A DNA stretch of 64,000 nt, from assembly GCF_006345805.1 (NCBI RefSeq), contig NC_042998.1:136834001-136898000 (forward strand), written 5' to 3'. Below, one piece after another: positions 13,141 to 24,030 of this stretch. How positions within the stretch are numbered: position 1 is the first letter of the stretch; the number at the start of each line of letters is the position of its first letter. Origin of the DNA: Octopus sinensis (lineage: Eukaryota). The notes under the pieces are model-generated. The model was not told where the DNA came from. It did not search any database and saw nothing but the letters and a program-made list of their open reading frames with translations. The translations under genes were made by a program, and so were the position numbers.

Positions 13141-13899
13141 ACTAAAGAAAGCAAAAAATAAAAAATGACAGTGTTCAGTAGGTTCGCGACAGGAATTTCT
13201 GTCAAAGAGACAAAGTTAAACAAAGTTGTAAATTCCCTTCCACTTTCTCTTACATACCCACTTTTTCTTTCTCTTTTATTATTACCCCCACTGCCTCCAT
13301 CAACACGACTAATTTCAATAAAACATTAACTCTCCCTACATTTCATTGTCCCTCTTTCTCTCCCTCTCTTTTTCTTTGTGTCTCTGTTTGTGTTTGCCAC
13401 CGCACTCACCGTCACTATGCCTACTATATCACGCTTACCTCATCATGAGGAATAGTAGGAGTGTCATTGACAATTGAGAGAGGTGGGGGGGTCTAAGTGT
13501 GACACACTGACACGCAAAAATTGGTTTTCGCATTTATTATATTATATATATATTATACACACATATATCAGATTGTACTTGTGCTTGAGTGATTTCTTCT
13601 ACCAATAGTTAAAAATAAGTAGCGAGGTTTTCAGAGTAACAGTGGCTAATTTTTGAACTATTTTTATAAATATGTTTGTAGTATTTCTATGAGCTGGAGA
13701 CATATATCTCTATAGGAATGATAATTATGTGTACCTAGGAATGTGCTTACGCAGTGTGTATGAGCTTATGTTAGAGGACACTTGAAACTGATACAATTGC
13801 TTGTTTGCCATTCTGATACTCCAAGTGCGATGAAAATCATCTCCAAACTCGTCTTCCTGTTAATGTGAAAACGAAAAGAAAAAGCTTAGGTTACATACA

Positions 13900-14875
13900 A
13901 CTGTTTATAATCCTCTGTCAAACGTTATTATAGTGAATGAAAATTCCAAGCATAAGACACTTCAGCTTTTGAGCAGCGCTTCTAGTCATACTTCCAATCA
14001 TCTTTGATTACATTTTGTGCAGCGCTTCTGGTTGTCATGATTTATTCCAAACGTGCATACTTATTGAATTTGTTTACATCCCATCAAACATAGTTTCCCT
14101 TCTGCAGCCAATGGATCAGGGAGTTATTTCCGTTTTCAAAGCGTAACATTTTAAACTCTTAAGTCAGTTGATTACAGTGCATCTAATGATAAAGATCTTT
14201 TCGTCAATGAATTCTGGAAAACAAAAACATTAAAATATCTGAGCAATAAGTATTTAAGATTCTTGGGGAAACAATTAAGCATACATTTCACATCAAGATA
14301 TGGAACAAATGTGTCCATACGTAATTAAAAAAGACTGGGGTGGAGAGTAAAATTATACAAATAACGCTAGCCTTGTAAAATGCTCAGAAAGTGGAATATT
14401 AAGAAGAGGAAGTTATATTCAAAATTTATTGCATGCTGATAAGACCTTTATCGATGTTGACCTTGATGAGTGAACACATCCATTAGTCTTTTGTTCTGAC
14501 AGTGAAGAGGACTTATTGAAATAACTTACGCTTTATGCTTTAGAAACCAATTCAAATATTGACCGTTGTATGAAAATTAAAAGACCTGTAATGATAGCGA
14601 TGGATTGTTATAGAGAAGAATATCAGGTTCTTAAGAAGGCGAAGCAATCAACCGTTGGTACTATTACAGAGAAAAAAATCAATATTCTCAGATATATTTT
14701 ATATTTTGTCGCTTTTACTTGATGCTTAAACCAAAGAAAGTGTATATTTTTCATTGAATTGTATATAATTTCCTTCAAAGAAGATTTTCTATATGAAGAG
14801 TTTATAATTTTAAAATATTTATAACTTTCTTCAAAAGATTTTCCTGTCAATGCAAGGACGTTATAGATGACTGTA
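13900..14875 (+). mobile_element. pogo/Tigger DNA transposon remnant
   Basis: PSNIVSLLQPMDQGVISVFKA at ~14081-14143 (pogo DDD motif), C-terminal NSNIDRCMKIKRPVMIAMDCYREEY, and a ...CTG-TA end at 14871-14875. Confidence 0.65.
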
Positions 14876-15711
14876 TTATATAAGTATACATTTCATTCGA
14901 TAATTAAAAGAACTTATCTTCGTAAAAACTGTTTTATCTTCTTCTGATACAAAGTTTCTTATGGCAAATGAAAACAGTGGAACGTATAAACTTCATTAAT
15001 CGAAGTATGCACACACACAGACACATGCATACGCGCACGCACACACGCACATACACATTCACACATTATACACATACGTGTGTATATATGTGTTGTCTGT
15101 TCCTATTTGAGAGTTTTTGTGCATGTATATATGAAGGTACAGAGTTTAAGTATCATTATGCTTGCTTTTGATCATCCATCAAATCTGATCAGGACAACAA
15201 GGATTTACAGGAGACAGCTCCAGCTTATTCTCATCCTCAACATCTGTGGCCCTTTATCACTAGGTTGTAGTGTTCTGACTGAAACCGTCCAGCATTTTTC
15301 AAACATGTTCACGTTGCCTGACTCCGTTGGTAGACAAAATAGAAAATGAACGTTGCTGACGATGATACCATCCCGATGATAGCAATGGAATGTATACTTT
15401 CCAGCATTACCATCTTCGCTATGAAGGAGCATTGTCTGTTGGAAATCTAGTCTGTCAACAACTATCTCAAAGCTGACCACCACGGCTTGTCTTCTGTCAG
15501 CCTTTGTCTTCTTGAACTCTTTGACAACGCCCGCAAGACATTAAAGTATCAGGACATATGAATCATACCAATTAAGGCGGGCTTGCACTCTGTATTTCTG
15601 AGTATTACTACTGGTCCTCCGTTTCATTTATATAATACATACATACATACATACACACATACATACATGCATACATACATGCATATATACATACATGCAT
15701 ACATACATACA

Positions 15712-15747
<36 letters not shown>

Positions 15748-15749
15748 TT

Positions 15750-15805
<56 letters not shown>

Positions 15806-15807
<2 letters not shown>

Positions 15808-16292
15808 AAAGTTTGTTTGGTAAAGCACGTGGGTGAATATATAAGAAAATAGTAAAGAGTGAAAAAACGACAGAAGGCTTAAATGTTAAAAAATATATAT
15901 ATTTGCGTCAAAATGTCTGGAGAATATTGGAAAAAATTTTTTTCCTTTCCTTAAAATGACATAATTTTATAATTTTTAAATTCACACTAAAGGAAAAAAA
16001 AAATTTTTTAAGCGATTATCTCCCTTACACCGGAAGAAATCACTCACTACTTTCCCTTATTTAGAACTCTCCTTAGCAAAAATACAAGGATTACGTTATT
16101 AAAAATAAACATTAAGTCACAAGAAATTTGAAGAGCTAACTGCGAAACCGGTATTTCTTTAAAAATTATAAAATTATGTCATTTTAAGGAAAGGAAAAAA
16201 ATTTTTTCCAATATTCTCCAGACATTTTGACGCAAATATATATATTTTTTAACATTTAAGCCTTCTGTCGTTTTTTCACTCTTTACTATTTT

Positions 16293-16300
<8 letters not shown>
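15806..16300. mobile_element. foldback element in (TA)n with a degenerate hammerhead (probable family 6)
   Basis: Inverted arms ~15835-15980 and 16158-16300, TA tracts both sides, AAGAAAU-UUGAAGA-GCUAACUGC-GAAA-CCGG-UA-UUUCUU at 16121-16159 (+). Confidence 0.7.
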
Positions 16301-16324
<24 letters not shown>

Positions 16325-16326
<2 letters not shown>

Positions 16327-16640
16327 GTTAGGGATTATAACTCCAAACTTACAGGGAAAAATTCAATTTAGTATTAAATAAAATTTCACAATATAAATAT
16401 ATAAAATATAAATTAGAGATAAAACCACTATTATGAAACTCAAACAGTGATAGACATAAACTAAAACATAAATAACAAATATTATTTATTTTTATAAAAC
16501 ATATAACTCGATCTCAAAAAGTATAAAAATGAATGATCAATATATTATAAGTAATAAAACTACGTACGTTTCATGGCTACAATTAAATTCGAATTACAAT
16601 TAAGTTTAAATTCAATTTAAATAAATTCGATATATATCCT
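16325..16640 (-). mobile_element. truncated (TA)n-inserted element retaining the 3' half of a hammerhead
   Basis: Minus strand GAAA-CGUACG-UA at 16561-16572; no CUGANGA half was found before a SINE tail at ~16655-16697. Confidence 0.4.
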
Positions 16641-16774
16641 TAAATCCTTAAAAATGTTTTAGCCCGAAGGCCGCGGCCATACTGGGGCACCACCGCTGAG
16701 TTTATATATATAAATAAATAAATTATATATATATATACAGAGAGAGAGAGAAAGATAAATAGATAGATAGATAG

Positions 16775-16852
<78 letters not shown>

Positions 16853-17534
16853 ACACACATAAACATATACTGGCTCGATGGGAATCTTTCAAAATGCTTA
16901 TCTAAAATCTGGATGAATTTGTAGTAGAAGCAGTAGTCTCTATTATAGACAAGTTGTTATCTGATATTAATCCCAAGCAAAAATGTAAATGTAAAAGAAT
17001 TCCGTTATGGAAAATGCTGCTTATTAAATTACAGCCGAACGAGATTAATCGAAGATTCCAGTATAGATAACAAAATGAATATATTAGTAAAAGGTATTGA
17101 AATTAGACATGGTGAATAAACTTCAAATTTTAGTGCTTCGTTGAAATGATGTGAAAATATGAAAAAGCATTAACTGAAATATGTTTATATAATTAATGAT
17201 AATTAATAAATGGGAAGCAATTAGCGTTTGGCTTCTACACATAGAAGTAAAAAGAAATAAATACAATAAAAGTTTGTTCAGTGCTTACATAATCAATAAA
17301 TATATGGATGGATGAAATCTGAAATAATAAAAAAAGCTCTTCGTTAAATAAAACGTAACAACACACACACACACTACAAAGGAAAAACATGCACAGTTAC
17401 ACACATATATCCATGCAGAAAACATAGAAAAACTTGCGTGCTGGTTTTGCATATGTGTTTACTATGGGTGTGTACAATTAGATATATATATATATATATA
17501 TATACATATGTGTGCGTGTGTGTGTGTGTGTGTG

Positions 17535-17680
17535 GAGTCACGTGGTTAGTGGTTAGGGTGTCAGCATCATGATCGTAAGATTGTGGTTTCGATTCCTGGA
17601 CCGGGCAACGCGTTGTGTTCTTGAGCAAAACACTTCATTTCACGTTGCTCCAGTCCACTCAGCTGGCAAAAATGAGTAAT
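17535..17680 (+). mobile_element. tRNA-derived SINE (family C, 5' part)
   Basis: gtggttagtggttagggtg...ggtttcgattcctgg head followed by ttgagcaaaacacttcatttcacgttgctccagtccactcagctgg. Confidence 0.7.
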
Positions 17681-17689
17681 ACAAACATG

Positions 17690-17960
17690 GGTATAGGACG
17701 TCATCTACAGTAAACGACATGAAATACAAAAACCAATGAGTTCAATATGCAAACAATGAGAGAAACAAATGGAAAACAGGACAAGTACCATAAAGAACGA
17801 TCCTTCATCAGTCGTCGGCTATCTATCTACTCCTCCTTTCGAGCATTCAACGACAATATGAGTCTTCGAAGATAGTTGCTCCCATAAGTACCAAGATAAA
17901 GTTTGGGATTTATGGAGGGTCAATGTTAGGGAAAAAAAGGCCAATGGAGACATACAAGGA
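17690..17960. repeat. dispersed repeat (possible Penelope pLTR family), copy 1
   Basis: Homologous to 30750-31000 and, inverted, to 51860-52115 (acatgaaatac..aaatggaaaacag..ccttcatcagt..tatctactcc..tttcgagca). Confidence 0.7.
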
Positions 17961-18546
17961 AACCGAACAAAATCAAACATGAAAGGTCGTTAGATCAGAA
18001 TGAGCGTAAAATAGCGAACACTGGGGAAATATTTTCTTTGACAAGAAAAAAGATAGAGCGAGAGATAGCATACGTCCAGTCCTTAGGACAATCTTGAAAG
18101 AAAAGAAAGATGATCACGCGAGGAAAAGAAAGATGGACGATGTTCACGTGTGAGCAATGAAAGAGAGAAAATGAGAAAATGGGAGAGAGAGAGAGATAGA
18201 AAACGGTGAAGGGGAGTCTGTGTAAATCATAAAACTCGAGAACTTCACAACCGATTTCATTTAAATTTTACACATGCCTTACTTAGGGTCCATGCAGTGT
18301 CATGGGCTAAAAACATTTTCAAGCTCTTGCCTAATGCGAGCCCGGAACAATCTCTTATCTCTTACGCTATGTCAGTATTACCTGTCAAAAGTGAAACAAT
18401 AAAATCTCTCTATTGTAATGTGAGATACATTCAGTTTGATAGTTTCACTATTAATACTGAAACTATTAAAGTGAAACTATTATCTCACATATATACAGGC
18501 ATACATACACACATACATACACACATACATACATATATATTTATAT

Positions 18547-18578
<32 letters not shown>

Positions 18579-18607
18579 AGACTATATATATATTATATAT
18601 GTATATA

Positions 18608-18640
<33 letters not shown>

Positions 18641-19162
18641 GATGTATAGTATACATGTACATGTATATATATGTATATATATATTGATGTATATGTAATA
18701 TGTACACGTATATATACATATAAATCTATATACATACATATACATATATAGATGCAACAGTGGGCTTGTGATAAGAAACTTGCTTCCCAACCACATGGTT
18801 CCAGGTTCCAGCTTTCGATTAGTGAAACCTTCAGAGATAGTTGTTTCCAACTCTCTTTTCATTTGAAACACTCTTGATTCCCTCTTTCTTTATATAAAAT
18901 CTTGAGCCACTACCAAAATGTATTCATTATATATAGATTCACACTCAACTACATAAAACATGTCTTATAAAATTGCTGGACATTTAAAACAATTTATGTT
19001 CAGTAATGTTTCAGACAGTAACTTTAGACATTACCATACATATAAATTCTACTTTTCTTTAAAAGCAAACACTTGTAAGAAAATCTGAATCATTATACTT
19101 CAATATGGAAAAAGTGTCTTCTATTATACATACATATATACATATATACATATATATATATA

Positions 19163-20901
19163 TATATTGTATAGAGGGCATTATTACACATAAATGCCTC
19201 ACACTAGGAGGGACAAAGTCATTACTACCAAAATTATAGTAATCATACCCAAATGCAGTTTTTCAAAGCAAGACATTTAAAAAATGAATTTAGTTCTGTA
19301 TCACCGTGATTTCACATTCAACTTACGTCTAATGATCGTCAGCAGAACTGATTCTGAACACATCATAAATAAACTACCAACCTTACGTAGCGAAGACGAA
19401 CAGACAACTGCTCACTCCGGCCAAGCACATGCAATGTTTATAAATCATATATCCGGTAAATGGCGGGCTTTTTACGAACTGCATGTCGGGTAATGAAAAG
19501 TATTTCGGAATAAGTTTAACAATTAAGGATAATCTCTTAATAAGGGATCTTAACAAGAAATTATCGGGTAGCTAGCGTGAAAACCTCATAAAAGAAAAGA
19601 ATTCGAAAATAATTTTTTTCTTTTGAACAAATTAATTATATCTATATTGTATAGAGGGCATTATTACACATAAATGCCTCACACTAGGAGGGACAAAGTC
19701 ATTACTACCAAAATTATACTAATCATACCCAAATGCAGTTTTTCAAAGCAAGACATTTAAAAAATGAATTTAGTTCTGTATCACCGTGATTTCACATTCA
19801 ACTTACGTCTAATGATCGTCAGCAGAACTGATTCTGAACACATCATAAATAAACTACCAACCTTACGTAGCGAAGACGAACAGACAACTGCTCACTCCGG
19901 CCAAGCACATGGAATGTTTATAAATCATATATCCGGTAAATGGCGGGCTTTTTACGAACTGCATGTCGGGTAATGAAAAGTATTTCGGAATAAGTTTAAC
20001 AATAAGGATAATCTCTTAATAAGGGATCTTAACAAGAAATTATCGGGTAGCTAGCGTGAAAACCTCATAAAAGAAAAGAATTCGAAAATAATTTTTTTCT
20101 TTTGAACAAATTAATTATATCTATATTTATAGAGGGCATTATTACACATAAATGCCTCACACTAGGAGGGACAAAGTCATTACTACCAAAATTATACTAA
20201 TCATACCCAAATGCAGTTTTTCAAAGCAAGACATTTAAAAAATGAATTTAGTTCTGTATCACCGTGATTTCACATTCAACTTACGTCTAATGATCGTCAG
20301 CAGAACTGATTCTGAACACATCATAAATAAACTACCAACCTTACGTAGCGAAGACGAACAGACAACTGCTCACTCCGGCCAAGCACATGGAATGTTTATA
20401 AATCATATATCCGGTAAATGGCGGGCTTTTTACGAACTGCATGTCGGGTAATGAAAAGTATTTCGGAATAAGTTTAACAATTAAGGATAATCTCTTAATA
20501 AGGGATCTTAACAAGAAATTATCGGGTAGCTAGCGTGAAAACCTCATAAAAGAAAAGAATTCGAAAATAATTTTTTTCTTTTGAACAAATTAATTATATC
20601 TATATTGTATAGAGGGCATTATTACACATAAATGCCTCACACTAGGAGGGACAAAGTCATTACTACCAAAATTATACTAATCATACCCAAATGCAGTTTT
20701 TCAAAGCAAGACATTTAAAAATGAATTTAGTTCTCTATCACCGTGATTTCACATTCAACTTACGTCTAATATAGATATAATTAATTTGTTCAAAAGAAAA
20801 AAATTATTTTCGAATTCATTTCTTTTATGAGGTTTTCACGCTAGCTACCCGATAATTTCTTGTTAAGATCCCTTATTAAGAGATTATCCTTAATTGTCAA
20901 A

Positions 20902-20906
<5 letters not shown>
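19163..20906. mobile_element. hammerhead-bearing tandem array family 2 (~480-bp unit x3.35 plus inverted ~140-bp tail) in (TA)n
   Basis: Units start at 19163, 19643, 20122 and 20601 (partial to 20770); inverted segment 20768-20906; (TA)n on both flanks. Confidence 0.92.
19292..19349 (-). ncRNA. type I hammerhead ribozyme (copies also at 19772-19829 and 20250-20307)
   Basis: AGUUCUG-CUGACGA-U[CAUUAGAC GUAA GUUGAAUG]U-GAAA-UCACGGUGA-UA-CAGAACU; perfect 7-bp stem I and near-palindromic stem III. Confidence 0.85.
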
Positions 20907-20947
<41 letters not shown>

Positions 20948-20962
20948 ATATATATTATATAT

Positions 20963-20996
<34 letters not shown>

Positions 20997-21177
20997 TAAG
21001 CAATAAGGGTTTAGCAACGAGTTGCCTTACCACATACCGAATTTAGAAATAGCAGTCAAAGGGTTATAGCTATTTCTTCTACTAAAAAGGGAGATCTCAG
21101 TAAAAACAGCATTTGGAAGGCACAAACAGGTAAGAGAGAATGAATTGACTGCAATCTATCATACATTTTTTTAGTTA

Positions 21178-21291
21178 TCCACGGACGTACGTTTCGAAAT
21201 CAAGTTTTAAGGAAAGCATACGAATTAAATATTAAATATTAAATAATAAATAATTCTATCTTACCGAAACTTCTTTTCTCTTCAGCGTAGA
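21178..21291 (-). ncRNA. type I hammerhead ribozyme with 83-nt stem-loop II (copies at 21779-21891, 22378-22490, 22976-23088)
   Basis: UCUACG-CUGAAGA-[GAAA...UUUC]-GAAA-CGUACG-UC-CGUGGA; GUC triplet and palindromic stem III. Confidence 0.85.
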
Positions 21292-23680
21292 ATACTATAA
21301 TCATAAATGATTATATATTGAATTTTGAGATACCAGAAGGCACCAACTCCACTCAGTATCAGAGCGAGCTAGAACCCGCAACTGGTATCACCGAATTCAA
21401 TTTGTGAATGAAACGATTGTGTCAACACCCCTTCCCACCCGCGTGTAGCCAAAACAAGATGCTGTGGTCATCTACTGAGATAAAATATGGTTATCCGTAA
21501 TAATGAAGGGTGAAATTAATTAATTTGGAAAAATTATCAATTACACCAAGTAGTCTTCGGCATGTAAAAGCCTCATTCGAGGAAAATTTAAGTAATACTA
21601 AGCAATAAGGGTTTAGCAACGAGTTGCCTACCACATACCGAATTTAGAAATAGCAGTCAAAGGGTTATAGCTATTTCTTCTACTAAAAAGGGAGATCTCA
21701 GTAAAAACAGCATTTGGAAGGCACAAACAGGTAAGAGAGAATGAATTGACTGCAATCTATCATACATTTTTTTAGTTATCCACGGACGTACGTTTCGAAA
21801 TCAAGTTTTAAGAAAGCATACGAATTAAATATTAAATATTAAATAATAAATAATTCTATCTTACCGAAACTTCTTTTCTCTTCAGCGTAGAATACTATAA
21901 TCATAAATGATTATATATTGATTTTGAGATACCAGAAGGCACCAACTCCACTCAGTATCAGAGCGAGCTAGAACCCGCAACTGGTATCACCGAATTCAAT
22001 TTGTGAATGAAACGATTGTGTCAACAGCCCCTTCCCACCCGCGTGTAGCCAAAACAGATGCTGTGGTCATCTACTGAGATAAAATATGGTTATCCGTAAT
22101 AATGAAGGGTGAAATTAATTAATTTGGAAAAATTATCAATTACACCAAGTAGTCTTCGGCATGTAAAAGCCTCATTCGAGGAAAATTTAAGTAATACTAA
22201 GCAATAAGGGTTTAGCAACGAGTTGCCTTACCACATACCGATTTAGAAATAGCAGTCAAAGGGTTATAGCTATTTCTTCTACTAAAAAGGGAGATCTCAG
22301 TAAAAACAGCATTTGGAAGGCACAAACAGGTAAGAGAGAATGAATTGACTGCAATCTATCATACATTTTTTTAGTTATCCACGGACGTACGTTTCGAAAT
22401 CAAGTTTTAAGGAAAGCATACGAATTAAATATTAAATATAAATAATAAATAATTCTATCTTACCGAAACTTCTTTTCTCTTCAGCGTAGAATACTATAAT
22501 CATAAATGATTATATATTGAATTTTGAGATACCAGAAGGCACCAACTCCACTCAGTATCAGAGCGAGCTAGAACCCGCAACTGGTATCACCGAATTCATT
22601 TGTGAATGAAACGATTGTGTCAACAGCCCCTTCCCACCCGCGTGTAGCCAAAACAAGATGCTGTGGTCATCTACTGAGATAAAATATGGTTATCCGTAAT
22701 AATGAAGGGTGAAATTAATTAATTTGGAAAAATTATCAATTACACCAAGTAGTCTTCGGCATGTAAAAGCCTCATTCGAGGAAAATTTAAGTAATACTAA
22801 GCAATAAGGTTTAGCAACGAGTTGCCTTACCACATACCGAATTTAGAAATAGCAGTCAAAGGTTATAGCTATTTCTTCTATTAAAAGGGAGATCTCAGTA
22901 AAAACAGCATTTGGAAGGCACAAACAGGTAAGAGAGAATGAATTGACTGCAATCTATCATACATTTTTTTAGTTATCCACGGACGTACGTTTCGAAATCA
23001 GTTTTAAGGAAAGCATACGAATTAAATATTAAATATTAAATAATAAATAATTCTATCTTACCGAAACTTCTTTTCTCTTCAGCGTAGAATACTATAATCA
23101 TAAATGATTATATATTGAATTTTGAGATACCAGAAGGCACCAACTCCACTCAGTATCAGAGCGAGCTAGAACCCGCAACTGGTGTCACCGAATTCAATTT
23201 GTGAATGAAACGATTGTGTCAACAGCCCCTTCCCACCCGCTGTTTGTGCCTTCCAAATGCTGTTTTTACTGAGATCTCCCTTTTTAGTAGAAGAAATAGC
23301 TATAACCCTTTGACTGCTATTTCTAAATTCGGTATGTGGTAAGGCAACTCGTTGCTAAACCCTTATTGCTTAGTATTACTTAAATTTTCCTCGAATGAGG
23401 CTTTTACATGCCGAAGACTACTTGGTGTAATTGATAATTTTTCCAAATTAATTAATTTCACCCTTCATTATTACGGATAACCATATTTTATCTCAGTAGA
23501 TGACCACAGCATCTTGTTTTGGCTACACGCGGGTGGGAAGGGGCTGTTGACACAATCGTTTCATTCACAAATTGAATTCGGTGATACCAGTTGCGGGTTC
23601 TAGCTCGCTCTGATACTGAGTGGAGTTGGTGCCTTCTGGTATCTCAAAATTCAATATATAATCATTTATGATTATAGTAT

Positions 23681-23794
23681 TCTACGCTGAAGAGAAAAGA
23701 AGTTTCGGTAAGATAGAATTATTTATTATTTAATATTTAATATTTAATTCGTATGCTTTCCTTAAAACTTGATTTCGAAACGTACGTCCGTGGA
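23681..23794 (+). ncRNA. type I hammerhead ribozyme (inverted arm of family 3)
   Basis: tctacg ctgaaga gaaaagaagttt...aaacttgatttc gaaa cgtacg tc cgtgga read directly on the + strand. Confidence 0.85.
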
Positions 23795-23984
23795 TAACTA
23801 AAAAAATGTATGATAGATTGCAGTCAATTCATTCTCTCTTACCTGTTTGTGCCTTCCAAATGCTGTTTTTACTGAGATCTCCCTTTTTAGTAGAAGAAAT
23901 AGCTATAACCCTTTGACTGCTATTTCTAAATTCGGTATGTGGTAAGGCAACTCGTTGCTAAACCCTTATTGCTTAGTATTACTT

Positions 23985-24030
<46 letters not shown>

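Larger units (their letters stand above)
20994..23989. mobile_element. hammerhead-bearing tandem array family 3 (~600-bp unit x3.75 plus inverted 1.25 units) in (TA)n
   Basis: Units start at 20994, 21596, 22195 and 22795 (to 23240); inverted copy 23240-23989; (TA)n on both flanks; units nearly identical. Confidence 0.93.

Noticed and set aside
15140-15580. Possible Tc1-like remnant (frameshifted FQQDNAP on minus)
   Set aside because: Single degenerate motif with no supporting motifs or TIRs.
19284-20451. 69-aa ORF repeated in each 480-bp unit
   Set aside because: No recognisable motif, antisense to the ribozyme strand, and identity is explained by recent repeat copying.
20994-23240. Single-base indels between array units as evolutionary signal
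   Set aside because: Mostly in homopolymers or doubled bases, so likely long-read consensus errors.
19163-23989. Arrays as CRISPR or conventional satellite DNA
   Set aside because: No repeat-spacer pattern and eukaryotic context. Low copy number, TA flanks, terminal inversion and one ribozyme per unit fit retroposition better than satellite.
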